Positions 26,995 to 39,779 of a stretch of DNA of 64,000 nucleotides are shown here, piece after piece. The position numbers and the translations under genes were made by a program. The DNA is from Eledone cirrhosa (lineage: Eukaryota): NCBI GenBank assembly GCA_964016885.1, contig OZ024740.1:325748001-325812000 (forward strand). Reading direction: 5' to 3'. Numbering within the stretch: the first letter of the stretch is position 1; each line of letters opens with the position of its first letter. The notes under the pieces are model-generated. The model was not told where the DNA came from. It saw nothing but the letters and a program-made list of their open reading frames with translations, and did not search any database.

Positions 26995-28092
26995 CAAGTA
27001 GGAGTACATCAGGGTTTGGTCCTCAGCCCGCTCTTGTTCATTATAGTCCTCCAAGCCATAACAGAGGAGTTTAAGACTGGCTGTCCATGGGAACTTCTCT
27101 ATGCTGACGATCTGGTTCTTATAGCAGAATCAGTAGAGGAGCTAGAGAATAAATTCTGGCTATGGAAACAGTAGTTGGAAGCAAGAGGACTGAGAGTGAA
27201 TCTAGCTAAGACAAAAGTGTTGATGAGTAGAAAAGAGGACAAAACCCTGATTCCGTCAGGGAAATGGCTATGTTCGATATGCAGAAAAGGAACTGGCATA
27301 AATTCTATAAAATGCACACAATGCAGATCCTGGGTACACAAGAGATGTAGCGGGATAGCAGGCAAACTAACAGGTAGGGAGAAATATGTATGCAGTAGAT
27401 GTACAGGGAAATTAGACAGTAGAAGTCGCATTGATAGACACATTTTTCAGATGCAGGAGGACGCTATAGAAGTGGTGGACAGCTTCCGGTACCTAGGAGA
27501 TCAGATTAGCATGGGAGGAGGGTGTTCCGAGGCCATAGTATCTAGAATGACGGGTTGGAAGAAGTTTAGGGAGCTGCTTCCTCTGTTGACGAAGAAGGGT
27601 TTCTCCCTGCATACGAAAGGGCGGTTGTATGATGCCTGTGTGAGGAGCGCGATGCTGCATGGTAGTGAAACATGGGCAGCAACTGCAGAGGATATGCGAC
27701 GGCTGGAGAGAAATGAGGCAAGCATGCTCCGTTGGATGTGCAGTGTAAATGTGCGTGAACGACCCAGCATAAATGTGTTGAGAGAGAAACTGTGTCTGAG
27801 AGGGATAGAATGTAGAATGAATGTAGGGAGGAGACTGAGCTGGTATGGACATGTGATGCGCATGGAGGATGGCCGATGGGTGAAGAAGTGCCAGGAAATG
27901 CCAGTTGAAGGAAGACGTGGTAGAGGTAGACCACGAAAAACATGGGCGGAGGTGGTGAGAACAGACCTCAGATCATTGAAGCTCACGGTGGAGATGACGA
28001 AGGACCGTGACGAGTGGAGAGATGCTGTGCTGAATAAGACCCGTCCGACCCTTGCAAGCAGGGAAAAGCGGACGTAAAATGATGATGATGAT
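26995..28092 (+). mobile_element. RTE LINE, 5'-truncated, subfamily C (essentially no 3' UTR)
   Basis: GVHQG, YADD, Cys-rich insert and RRLSWYGHV; the ORF stop is followed directly by (GAT)n; internal stop near 27172. Confidence 0.93.
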
Positions 28093-28106
28093 ATATGTAT
28101 ATATAT

Positions 28107-28398
28107 ATCATCATCATCGTTTAACGTCCATCTTCCACGCTTGGATGGGAGTTTTCCCACTTGAGGCAAGAGTGGTTGTCTTGTCCGCATAGGACTGTCT
28201 GGCGGGTTTTCTATGGCTGGATGCCCTTCCTAACACCAACCACGTTTACAGTGTGGACTGGGAGGTTTTTACCGTGTTACCTACATGGCCACATTACAGC
28301 GTGGACTGTGTGTTTCTTTGTCGTGACACCTACACGACCTCATTTGTTTCGGGCTGGATGTTGTGGTACCAACATAACTTTACATTGAAAGGGGTGGT
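28107..28398 (-). mobile_element. RTE subfamily B 3' UTR fragment
   Basis: reverse complement of the 18040-18455 UTR. Confidence 0.8.
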
Positions 28399-28416
28399 TT
28401 TTCCCTTAGTTCGTTA

Positions 28417-28450
<34 letters not shown>

Positions 28451-28808
28451 ATATATATATATTATATATATATTATATACCCGACCAGCCTTGCCTCAAG
28501 TGGGACAACTCCTGTCTAACCCATACTAGCGTGGAAAATGGACGTTAAACGAAGATGATGATGATGATATCTAATGCCATATTGATCTTTAATACTTGAT
28601 TAGAGTTCCCATGGCATCAGATGGTTAAATATTTACTCTATTATTTACTCTATGTATTTACTCTATTATTGTAAATATCCAAAATGTCATGTCTTTTAGT
28701 AAAGAAACTATAGATGTTTCAATTAACAAACCTGTTTTTAGATATTTTTTCTTAAATCATTTCACGATGTTAAGAATTAAATTGATTTCAATATTTCCTC
28801 TATCTCAG

Positions 28809-28922
28809 ATAGTTGTAATCAGGAGCCTAATTATTACCCATGTTTCCTGTCTGGCTGCTATTCTGAAAAGCAAAAATGTAACAAAAAATTTGACTGTGCC
28901 GATGGTGCTGATGAGCATGAAT
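28809..28922 (+). CDS. exon I, LDL-receptor class A module (SCNQEPNYYPCFLSGCYSEKQKCNKKFDCADGADEHE), phase 1-1
   Basis: tctcAG acceptor, GTgagt donor, 114 nt; six Cys once spliced, with the DCxDGxDE signature. Confidence 0.92.
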
Positions 28923-29052
28923 GTGAGTATAGAAATACAATTTTTCTAATATTCTCAACCTGTCCAACCCGTGCCAGCATCCAAATTAGATGTAAAATGA
29001 TGATAATGGTGATGAAAAGTTTAAAACAGAAATTTTTTTTTTATGTTTCCAG

Positions 29053-29158
29053 GTAAATATGAAACAAAAGAGAAGTTGATAACTGATATTGATAGAGTCA
29101 GTAGAATCCAGCGATTTTATGATGACAGTTCTTGGATTTGGCAAGAATATTTTGTAAA
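29053..29158 (+). CDS. exon J (CKYETKEK...SSWIWQEYFV), phase 1-2
   Basis: ttccAG acceptor, GTaagc donor, 106 nt; WIW corresponds to the A2M FPETWLW motif. Confidence 0.9.
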
Positions 29159-29269
29159 GTAAGCCAGTATATACATTCCTTTACACATGTCTATCTATAT
29201 ATATTGTTGTTGTTGTTGTTTAGCCCCAGGTCAGTCTTCATTGAGCAGTCCTATGATCAATGGTGTTTC

Positions 29270-29960
29270 AACTTTTGGGTTTAATTTGTTCCTTGTTTTA
29301 AAAATGTCCCCATTATTGATTATTGGGTACAACTTATCCCTTGTATTAAAATGTTTACCCACTGATGGGTTCCAATTTGCCTATTGTATTAAAAAGTTCC
29401 CCTTCCTGGGTTACAATTTATTTCTTATATAAAAATGTCTCCATTCTTGAGTACAATTTATTTCTATTATAAAGTTACCTTTCCTAGCCTACGATTTGCC
29501 CTTTGTATAGAAGAATTTGCCCGATCCTGAGGTATAGTTTGTGCAGTATTAAGTCTATCCACTCCTGGGTTACAATTTACCAATTTTCTATTAACAAATT
29601 TGCCCCTTCCAGGGTTATAACTTTTCCATTGTATTAAAAATGTCTCCATTCTTGGGTTCAATTTGCCCCTTGCATTAAATAAAATGTTTCCCACTCATGG
29701 GTTGCAGGTTTTCTTTTGTATTAGAATGTTTCCTTACTCCTGGGGTACAATTTTCTCCTTGTATAAAAAATGTGCCCACTTTTGGAGTATAATTTACCCA
29801 TTGTATTAAAAATTTCCCATTCTTGAATTCATTTTCCCCATTGTATTAAAACAAATGTTTGCCATTCTTGAATTACAATTTTACCTCTTGTATTAAAGAT
29901 TTGCTTCTTGGTGGGTACAAGTTTCCCATTGTAGTAAAGTTTTCCTACACTTGGATTACA
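29270..29960. repeat. degenerate minisatellite, about 41-bp unit (ttgggttacaatttgcccttgtattaaaaatgtctccattc)
   Basis: roughly 16 diverged tandem units. Confidence 0.8.
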
Positions 29961-30065
29961 TCAATCTGAGAGACTATTTCTCTCTAAATCATTCCTGATT
30001 CTGATATGTTTTTCAATGATGATGTTTCATGGGTCAATAATAGACAAATATTTGACCATTAACAG

Positions 30066-30183
30066 GCCTGATGGACGAGTGGATTTCCGAATTGATACAC
30101 CAAAATACCCGCTTACTTGGGTGATGCATGGGCTGTCTATTAGTCGAGATTTGGGTCTTGGAATTATGACAAAGCCAGTCATG
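30066..30183 (+). CDS. exon K (KPDGRVDF...TWVMHGLSISRDLGLGIMTKPVM), phase 2-0
   Basis: aacAG acceptor, GTaagt donor, 118 nt; TW...GLG A2M motif. Confidence 0.92.
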
Positions 30184-30483
30184 GTAAGTTAGGTTTTCTT
30201 TTAAATATCTGGTTAGTGATAGGAAGGGCATTCAGTTGTAGAAATCATGCCAAAAGGGGACTGCGAAGACTTCAGTTCTTTCAATGGTGCAACAATCTGT
30301 CTATTACTGGGGTCATGTTAAAATACACCTAGTACAGTCTGTAAAGTGGTTAGTGGTAGGAAGGGCATCCAGCTGTAGAAAACTTACCAAAAAAATGCTG
30401 AGAGGACTCTTCAATTTTGTCAAAGGCACATCAATTTCTTTAATATTGGTGCCATGATAAAATGCACCCAGTTCACTTTAGAG

Positions 30484-30783
30484 CAGAGGTCCTCAAAGTG
30501 GGCACTACCACCCCCTGGGGAACAGTGGGGGAATGGTAGATATGATATAATAGTATATTAAATATCAAATGATACATATATGAATATAGTAAAATAAAAA
30601 AATATATAATTATTTATACATAGTATATATTATATTATTTATTATACATAAATTAACGATTTTATTTATGTAATTTTTACAATTTGTGTGTAGGCAGGTC
30701 TCTCTGGAAATAGGAGTAGGGGCGCTGAGGGTATACGTGGCCATGGGAGAGGGGCAGTGGCCCAAAATGTTTGAGAACCTCTG
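30484..30783. mobile_element. hAT-type MITE (same family as 13167)
   Basis: TIR CAGAGGTCCTCAAA / TTTGAGAACCTCTG; TSD CTTTAGAG / TATTAGAG. Confidence 0.82.
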
Positions 30784-31054
30784 TATTAGAGGGTGGCAAT
30801 GAATGTAAGCAAGATGCATGTTCTCAGCCTGTCTGAGAGGGTGCAACAATAAATTGCATCCGGTGCACTCGGTAGTATGTGTGAAGTTATGTAAGCTAGA
30901 TTCAAACCCACTGGCCCATCTGAAAAATCAGATGCCTTGATTAAGTACTGACTTCGTCTGTGACTACCCATTCAATTCTTGTTGGTGGGGAAAGAGATGT
31001 TAAATGAGGATGATGATGATATATTTATATGATTTGCTTTGTTTGTTTATTTAG

Positions 31055-31174
31055 TATGATGCTGCCCGATACATGTACATCCAAGTGGAAGCTCCCACTT
31101 ACATTATCAGGGGTGAACAAGTTGGATTCCGTGTGACTGTCTTCAACTTTTGGGACCAAGATGATTTCATTGAG
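31055..31174 (+). CDS. exon L (YDAARYMYIQVEAPTYIIRGEQVGFRVTVFNFWDQDDFIE), phase 0-0
   Basis: tttAG acceptor, GTaaaa donor, 120 nt; RGE...VFN A2M signature. Confidence 0.93.
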
Positions 31175-31578
31175 GTAAAAAAAATATTTCAACGTTTTTC
31201 TCATTGTTTTACCTCTCTCTGTTTCTATCTTTCTCATTTTTCTCTCTCCTTCTCACCTTTCTCTCTGTCTCTCTCTCCAAATTTCACCTCCTCTACCAGA
31301 GGTTGCAACCAAGAGACATTGTCTGAGCAATGGAGACACCAATGGAAATATTATTTCTTCCATCTGATCTGACAAGCAGCTCCTTTTCTCTCTTCTGCCA
31401 GGAGTTGTGATTGACACATAGCATCAGTAATGGAAAGGCCATTAAAAACATTGTTTCCTTGGTCTGATCTGACAATTGGCTTCTTTCCTTTTACTGCACA
31501 TACTTCTCCACTCCTCCCGAGCCCCCTCCTCCCTTTTTTGGTATGCTCACTAATTCACATAATATAATTTTATTTCAG

Positions 31579-31695
31579 GTATTGGTCACTGCTCATGCAT
31601 CACCATTTCATAAATTTGTCCTGGTTGAAGAATTAGGCCTTGTCCAGTCATACAGTCCACGGTTAGCTAATGGTGACATGCAGACTATAGTGTTT
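31579..31695 (+). CDS. exon M (VLVTAHASP...VQSYSPRLANGDMQTIVF), phase 0-0
   Basis: tttcAG acceptor, GTaagt donor, 117 nt. Confidence 0.9.
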
Positions 31696-31806
31696 GTAAG
31701 TATAGGCTTACTAATATCATCACCATCACATTTAGTTTCCCATGCTTCACTGGGTCAGTTATTTCAGAGGTAGTACTGGTGCCAAGATAAAAGGCATGCT
31801 GTAGAA

Positions 31807-32000
31807 GAGCAGTTGCCAACCAGTGGTCCCTGGACCACTGGTGGCATTTATAATTTTGTCATATTTAATAGGTACATTTCATATTAATAAAATGGAAGTT
31901 CTCTGATCATTATTTTCCCAATGTATTTATCTTTTTAAAAGAATTCATATTAGTGGTCTGAGGGAGTGGTCTGTGAGGTCCGAAAGGTTGGCGACAGCTG
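31807..32000. mobile_element. hAT-type MITE, different family
   Basis: TIR gAGCAGTTGCCAACC / GGTTGGCGACAGCTG; TSD CTGTAGAA / CTGTAGAG. Confidence 0.7.
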
Positions 32001-32238
32001 CTGTAGAGTACAGGAACATATGTAAGCAAGAAGCATGTTCCTAATCTGTCTGGGAGATCAATATCTCTACTTGAATAACTCACTCAGTGATGACTCATCC
32101 AACACTTGCTAGCAGGGAAATGACATCAAATGATGATGGTGAAGATAAATTCCTCAAAATTCTTAATTAATTGAAATAGTGTATTTCATTAGAAATATCG
32201 TGACAAAAAGATTAATTGTTCTATTGATTATTTTCTAG

Positions 32239-32370
32239 CTGGAACCAGGACAGTCAAAAGACATCTACATGCCAGTCATACCAATTATTCAAACTGGTTG
32301 CTTTGATATAGAAATTAGTGCTTCATGTTTTATGGAGAGAGACTATGTCATACATAGAGTTTGTGTGAAG
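32239..32370 (+). CDS. exon N (LEPGQSKDIYMPVIP...HRVCVK), phase 0-0
   Basis: ttctAG acceptor, GTaaat donor, 132 nt. Confidence 0.9.
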
Positions 32371-32422
32371 GTAAATATATTATTCTTGTTTCTCTTTCTT
32401 TACAAACTTATCACTACAGTGT

Positions 32423-34936
32423 TCATCATCATCATCATCATCATCACCGTTTTACGTCCGTTCTTCCACGCTAGCATGGGTTAGATGGGTTGTCCTGTTG
32501 TGTGCAGTGTCTGGTCGGCTGACCATGCCTTGCTCATACAGGAACTGATCTGGCTTGATTTCTACAGCTGGATGCCCTTCCTAACACCAACCTCATTTAC
32601 AGTGAGTGCTGGGTGCTTTTTCGTGGCGCCTACACGTCCACTTTACAGTGTGGGCTGGGTGCTTTTTTGCCGTGGCACCTCCACGACCACCTTGCGGTGG
32701 GGGCATATTGTTTATATGCTTCAGCATGTACCCATGGGAGGTCGGGTACTCTATATTACTGCGTGACGCCAGAAGTCACGGTCGTGTGTCATTGTCTTTG
32801 AGAGGTGTAATTGGGTAAGGTCGGCTTTTATCACCTCATCCCAGGTCATCTTGGGTCTCCCCACTCCGCAGTTTCCATCAACTTCTAGTGCTCTGCACCT
32901 TTTTATGCAGCTGTCATCCTTCATACGCATCACATGTCCATACCAGCGCAACCGCCTCTCCTGCACACAGCATTTGATTCCTCTTATGCTCAGTCTCTCT
33001 CTCAATTCATTTATGCTTTGTCGTTCACGTATATTACTGTTACACATCCATCGGAGCATGCAGGCTTCGTTTCTCTCTAATCTACGTAAGTCTTCCACCT
33101 TCAGCGCCCAGGTCTCACTACCATGCAACATCGCTGTTCGGATACACGCATCATACAGTCTGCCTTTCATTCTGAGGGAGAAGCCTTTTGCAGCTAGCAG
33201 TGGTAGTAGTTCCCTAAACTTCTTCCATCCCGTTCTTACCCTAGTTATTGTACTTTCTGAACACCCACCTCCGTTGCTAATTCGGTCACCTAGGTAGCAG
33301 AAGCTGTCTACTGTTTCTACAGGGCCCTCCCAGAGATTGGTGGTACTTGTTTCCTGTGGCTGTTTGCTGCTTGCTGTTTCAGCACAGCTGCTACATCTGA
33401 ATCCTACATTCTTAATTAAGCTTCCTGAGATCCCGCTACATCTCTTGTGTACCCATTGTTTGCATTTGGGGCAGAGAATGGAGTTCCTACCTACACCTTT
33501 CCTACATACTGAGCAAGGCCATTTCCCTGAGGGGATCTGGGTTCTGTTTTCTCGTCTACTTACAAGGACCTTAGTCTTTGTCATGTTGACTTTGAGGCCC
33601 TTTCTCTCTAGTCCCTGCTTCCAGGTTTGGAATTTATTCTCTAGTTCTATCATAGATTCAGCTATGAATGCGAGGTCATCAGCATACAGGAGTTCCCATG
33701 GGCATCCGGTCTTAAATTCCTCCGTTATTGCCTGCAGGACTATGATGAACAGGAGAGGGCTAAGAACAGAGCCCTGGTGGACCGCAACTTGTACGCTAAA
33801 TTCCTCGCTATACTAATTGCTAATCCTAACTTTGCTGACTGCTCCCCTATACATGGCTTGTACCGCTTTCACAAGCCATTCATCTACTCCTAGTTTTCTA
33901 AGAGCCCACCAGATTACAGCACGTGGAACTCTGTCAAAGGCTTTCTCAAGGTCGACAAATGCCAAGTAGAGTGGCTTACTTTTAGCTAGGTACTTTTCCT
34001 GTAATTGCCTCACAAGGAAGAGGGCATCAGTGGTGCCTCTTCCTGGTACAAACCCAAATTGCATCTCGTCTATATTCACCCGGTCCCTAATCAGCTGTGC
34101 TATAACTCTTTCTGTTACTTTCATGACCTGGTCCATCAACTTTATACCTCTATAGTTTCCTCTATGTAGTGCGTCGCCTTTGCCTTTGTAGCAGTTGACA
34201 ATGATGCTACTGCACCAATCTTTTGGTATGGCCCCTTCTAGTATTACCTGGTTAACGATACGTGTGGTTATAGTGTGACCTACAGACCCAGATGCCTTCA
34301 GCATCTCGGCAGCTATACCCGATGGACCGGTTGCCTTCCCCATCTTCATATCTCTGATTGCCTTACTACGCTGCCGCTGACTTGTACTGCTGGTCCCTCT
34401 ATAGGGTCTACTTGGGGTAGGGTCTCTTCTTCCCATGCATTCTCCTCATTTAGTAATCTATCATAATGACTCTTCCATGCATCTTTCTTCTCAGCACTTG
34501 TGAGGGCAAGCTCACCTTTATCATTCCGGATACACTTCTCTCCAATGACATCACAACTATTTCTGACACACTGCCTCGCAATCTTGAATACCTCCTGCTT
34601 CTGGTCCTCACGTTGTAAAACATGCTTGAATTTTCTATCCTCTGCTTCCCTCCTAGCTAAGTATACTTGTCGCCTAGCTTCCCTCTTGGTCTCTATGTAA
34701 TGTACCCTGCTCCCCCCGTTCTTCCATTCTTTCCATGCCTGTCTCTTGGCCTTGACTGCTTCATCTACCTTAATGTTCCACCACCAAGTCACTCTCCTCC
34801 TGCTTGAGGTCTTACTCCAGCCACAGACCTCGTCCGTCGCCTCTAGTAAATTACTTTTTAGGAACTCCCAGTTCTCTTCTACATTAAATGTCTGTATCTC
34901 TTCTTCTTTACTGTCGTAGGCGTTGAGTAAAATATC
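32423..34936 (-). mobile_element. RTE LINE, 5'-truncated, subfamily A
   Basis: full RT core through C-terminus; premature stop at 33813 and frameshift near 34360; (GAT)n tail. Confidence 0.95.
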
Positions 34937-35074
34937 CATATATAGAAAAAAAAAGAAATTTACAGTATACACATTTACATGTTTAGCTAACCTCCTAGAG
35001 TGTTACATCTTGTTGCAGATTTCTTAGGTGTTTTAACAATAAGGATCCCAGTACAACCATATACATATATATGA

Positions 35075-37225
35075 ATCATCATCATCATCATCCTTTTATG
35101 TCCGTTCTTCCACGCTAGCATGGGTTAGACGAGTTATCCTGTTATGGGCAGTAGCCGGTCGGCTGAGCATCCTTGCTCATTGGGGAACTGATTCTGGCTT
35201 GATTTCTACAGCTGGATGCCCTTCCTAACACCAACCTCATTTACAGTGAATGCTGGGTGATTTTTTTCCGTGGTGCCTACACGTCCACTTTACAGTGTAG
35301 CTTGGGGCTTTTTTGCTGTGGCACCTCCACGACCACTTTGCAGTGGGAGGGTGTGGGGGCATATTGTCTATATGCTTCAGCTTCGGCTTGTACCTGTTCG
35401 GGTCTTCTGTATTACTGCGTGATGCCAGAGGGCACGGTCGTGTGTCATCGCCTTTGAGAGGTGTAATTGGGTACGGTTGGCTTTTATCACCTCATCCCAG
35501 GTCCTCTTGGGTCTCCCCACTCTGCGGTTTCCATCAAATTCTAGTGCTCTGCACCTTTTTATGCAGCTGTCATCCTTCATACGCATCATGTCTATACCAA
35601 CGCAACCGCCCCTCCTGCACACAGCATTTGATTCCTCTTATGCTCAGTCTCTTTCTCAATTCCTTTATGCTTTGCCGTTCGCATATGTTATTATTACACA
35701 TCCATCGGAGCATGCAGGCTTCGTTTCTTTCTAATCTACGCAAGTCTTCCACAGACAGCACCCAGGTCTCACTATCATGTAACATTGCTGTTCGTATACA
35801 CGTATCATACAGGATGCCTTTCATTTTGAAGCTCCCTGAACTTCTTCCATCTCATTCTTACCCTAGTTATTGTACTTTCTGAACACCCACCTCTGCTGCT
35901 AATTCAGTCACCTAGGTAGCAGAAGCTGTCTACCTTTTCTACAGAGCCCTCCCAGAGTTTGGTGGTAATGTTTACTGTGGCTGTTTGCTGCTTGCTGTCC
36001 CAGCATAGCTGCTACATGTGAAGCCTACATTCTTAGTTAAGCTTCCTGAGATCCCGCTACATCTCTTGTGTACCCATTGTTTGCATTTGGGGCAGAGAAT
36101 GGAGTTCCTACCTACACCTTTCCTACATACTGAGCAAAGCCATTTCCCTGAGGCGATCTGGGTTCTGTTTTCTCGTCTACTTATAAGGACCTTAGTCTTT
36201 GTCAGGTTGACCCTGAGACCCTTTCTCTCTAGTCTCTGCTTCCAAGTTTGGAATTTCTTCTCTAGTTCTACCATAGATTCAGCTATAAGTGCGAAGTCAT
36301 CTGCATACAGAAGTTCCCATGGGCATCCGGTCTTAAACTCCTCCGTTATTGCCTGGAGAACTATGATGAACAGGAGAGGGCTAAGAACAGTGCCCTGGTG
36401 GACACCGACCTGTACGCTAAAATCCTCGCTATAGTCATTGCTAATCCTAACTTTGCTGACTGCTCCACTATACATGGCTTGTACAGCTTTCACAAGCCAT
36501 TCATCTACTCCTAGTTTTCTAAGAGCCCACCAGATTATAGCACGGGGAACTCTGTCAAAGGCTTTCTCGAGATTGACGAATGCTAGGTAGAGCGGCTTAC
36601 TTTTAGCTAGGTACTTTTCCTGTAACTGCCTCACAAGGAAGAGGCCATCAGTGGTGCCTCTTCCTGGCATAAACCCAAATTGCATCTCATCTAGTTTCAC
36701 CCAGTCCCTAATCAACTGTACTATAACTCTTTCTGTTACTTTCATGACCTGGTCCATCAGCTTTATATCTCTATAGTTTCCTCTATCTAGTGCATCACCT
36801 TTACCCTTGTAGTAGTTGACAATCCTTTGGTATGACACCTTCTAGTATTACCTGGTTAACAATACGTGTGGTTATGGTGTGACCTACCGACCCAGATGCC
36901 CTCAGCATCTTGGCAGCTATACCCAATGGACCAGTTGCCTTCCCCGTCTTCATATCTTTGATTGCCTTACTTACTATGCTGCTGCTGACTTGTACTGCTG
37001 GCCCCTCTATAGGGTCTACTTGGGGTAGGGTCTCTTCTTCCCATGCATTCTCCTCATTTAGTAATCTTTCATAATGGCTCTTCCACGCATCTTTCTTCTC
37101 AACACTTGTGAGGGCAAGCTCACCTTATCATTCCGGATACACTTCTCTCCAATGACATCACAATTCTCTCTGAGACGCTGCCTCGCAATCTTGATCACCT
37201 CTTGTTTCTGGTCCTCATGTTGCAA
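35075..37225 (-). mobile_element. RTE LINE, 5'-truncated, more degenerate
   Basis: RT ORF 35972-36838 with YADD, several indels, (GAT)n tail. Confidence 0.93.
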
Positions 37226-37912
37226 GGGCCCAGAAACCTCTTACCTAGATATATGCCACAATGGCGCCGAGCATTTTATTGTAATATTTTAAGAAAAAAA
37301 GAAATCCTTTTTTATATATCCTCGCAGCATTTTCCTTCCTTATCCGTCTACATGGACTATCAACATTACACACGCAGCCTTAACACATCATCTCTTTCGG
37401 ATCATATCTACCCCAATATGAAATACAGTGAACAACCAAAAATATACTTCTAAAGAGCCTATCTGCTAAAACTTCACCCAATTAGACCAGTGACACCCAA
37501 TTGGGTTGGTCCTGTATCTAAGGAAACCCCATGCTAGAGTAATCTTGTTTCAGCTTAAAAAGTATGCACATCAGTACATTGCAACATATATAACACCTAG
37601 TCAGGTCCCATGTCTCCTAGGACTGCCCCAGGTGCCTGTAATTCAAAGGGCCAGTCTTGTCATACACTGTCATGCTGGATCTCTCAGAGAACTACATTAA
37701 CAGTACATGTGCATGTGAAATGCTCAGCCATTTGCATCTTAATGTCTGTGTGTTCAAGAAAATCTTACGCAAAAGCAATACTCTGTGGCATCATAACATA
37801 ACAAAACAGAGAGGACAGTTATGATTATAAATTCAATTTATATACAAACAATGTCTGTTCAATTTATATAAAGTGTTGGTGAATTATTTCATTTACTAAA
37901 TTGTAAAATGTG

Positions 37913-38156
37913 AATGAGGTGAACATTTGCAGCCTGCTGTAAATGCTAGCTAGAAGCTAGTGTAACAAGCTTATCAGCTAGTATGTGTGTATGTAGAAAA
38001 ATCAGCTGAATTCTGGCTTGGTCTGTGAAGAACATATTCTTCACAGACCAAGCCAGAATTCAGCTGATTTTCCTACATACACACATACTAGCTGATAAGC
38101 TTGCTCCACTAGCTTCTAGCTAGCATTTACAGCAGGCTGCAAATATTCACCTCATT
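37913..38156. repeat. 244-bp near-perfect palindrome (120-bp arms, 4-nt loop)
   Basis: 37913-38032 is the reverse complement of 38037-38156 with about 4 mismatches. Confidence 0.95.
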
Positions 38157-38621
38157 ACTAGCAGGGAAAACAGATATTAAATGGCGATGATAGTGATGAT
38201 GATTATACGAGAGAGTCTTAAATTAAATGACTGAGAGTTTTAATAGAAGAGGAATAATTGCCAAGAGTTTGGAAAAGGAGATTATGAGTGTGGTGGAGAA
38301 GCTGAGTGACTGGTTCGTAAGGGATGGAGATGTGTTGTGGTAGCTACATGCTGGTTTTTGGGAGTAAAAACTGCATGAGCAATGTGGTAGGATAGCAATA
38401 GGAATGTCATTGTAGGAGATGATAAATTAATGGAATAACTAGCCCTAAAACCAATAAATGTGAGGTGGAGAAACGGTGACTGGATGGTAGAGAAAGGACT
38501 GAGGCTGTTATAGCTACATGCTGGTTGTTGGGTGGAGGTTGATAAAAAAAAAACAGAAGTCATAAAAGCAAAGTAGATTTGTAAAGTATATGTACTAAGT
38601 TTCTCCATTTCAATCTTTCAG

Positions 38622-38793
38622 TCTGATGGTGTGCTTAATTATTACCATATTCCATACTTGGTCGACTTGATCACTCAGTCATCTGTTATTGTACCAAATT
38701 TTGATATTCCAATAAATGCTGAGTTTATTCAACCAGAACAGAGAGAGCATGACTATGTGCCTGGCTCAGGAAAAGCTACCAGTTATATTTTTG
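38622..38793 (+). CDS. exon O (SDGVLNYYH...YVPGSGKATSYIF), phase 0-1
   Basis: tttcAG acceptor, GTaatt donor, 172 nt; VPGS motif. Confidence 0.92.
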
Positions 38794-38848
38794 GTAATTT
38801 GTTTTTTTCTTTTTTCAATTCATCATCATCATCTCTCTCTCTCTCTCT

Positions 38849-38898
<50 letters not shown>

Positions 38899-39701
38899 CA
38901 CACAACACCAGCACAAATGTGATCCTGAAAATAGAACTTTGAAAAGCTATCTATAGTTCAAAAACAAATTAGATAATCATGATTCCTTCTTAACCCCCTT
39001 TTAAAAAAACCCCAAAAAACAACCTATAATTTATTTTGTATAAACTAACTTCCATTCGTTCTATACTGTAAATTTGCATGTATATATAAAAACTCATTAG
39101 GTGCAACTTCAACTCTTCATTATTGATTTTCATATATATATATATATATATTTGCTGATTGTCAGAAGAATGCCATCCCTTCATGGAACATTGCTCAGTC
39201 ATGCGCATGCAGATAACTTTTCAGACCTACTTTTGTTTTGGAGCATGTTCATAGATGTGACACTCTCTCTCTCTCTCTTTTGGCAATACCGGCCGGGATA
39301 TGTCTTCATGCATTCTACTATGTCTGGTCAGTCCATCATCTGACTTGCAAATTAACCCACAATCACTGCAAATGTACTTTGGAGTGTGTGGTGGTAGAAA
39401 CATCTCACAGGTGGCTTGATTTCTCCCTGGCTTGTGTGATTTCAGATAGTTGACAAATCCATGTGTGTATATATAGTAAAAGAATGAGGAGTAACATGGT
39501 CGACTGTACAAAAGGATTTATTAACAGTATTAACAATTGTTTCATTAATCAGGTGAGTCTAAAAGCCGCTGATCGTTAGAAGTTAAGTCGCTCAACTTTA
39601 ATTACAGTCCATCAAATCAAAGCCATACGTTAAAATTAAAACTATCCTCGACAGAGTACTCACAACCTCTAGCTGGATTACCTTAAACGATACTTTGTTA
39701 T

Positions 39702-39743
<42 letters not shown>

Positions 39744-39779
39744 AAAGAATAAACATGGGTTGTGTAGTTGCTGGATAAG

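Noticed and set aside
29270-29960. Regularly spaced repeats resembling a CRISPR array
   Set aside because: The units are contiguous diverged tandem copies with no unique spacers, there are no cas genes, and the context is a eukaryotic intron.
39227-39511. C2H2-like motif (CSDCGLICKS...LTRHSRMH) suggesting a zinc-finger gene on the minus strand
   Set aside because: It is a single isolated finger without clear splice context, more likely the C-terminal remnant of an old LINE ORF.
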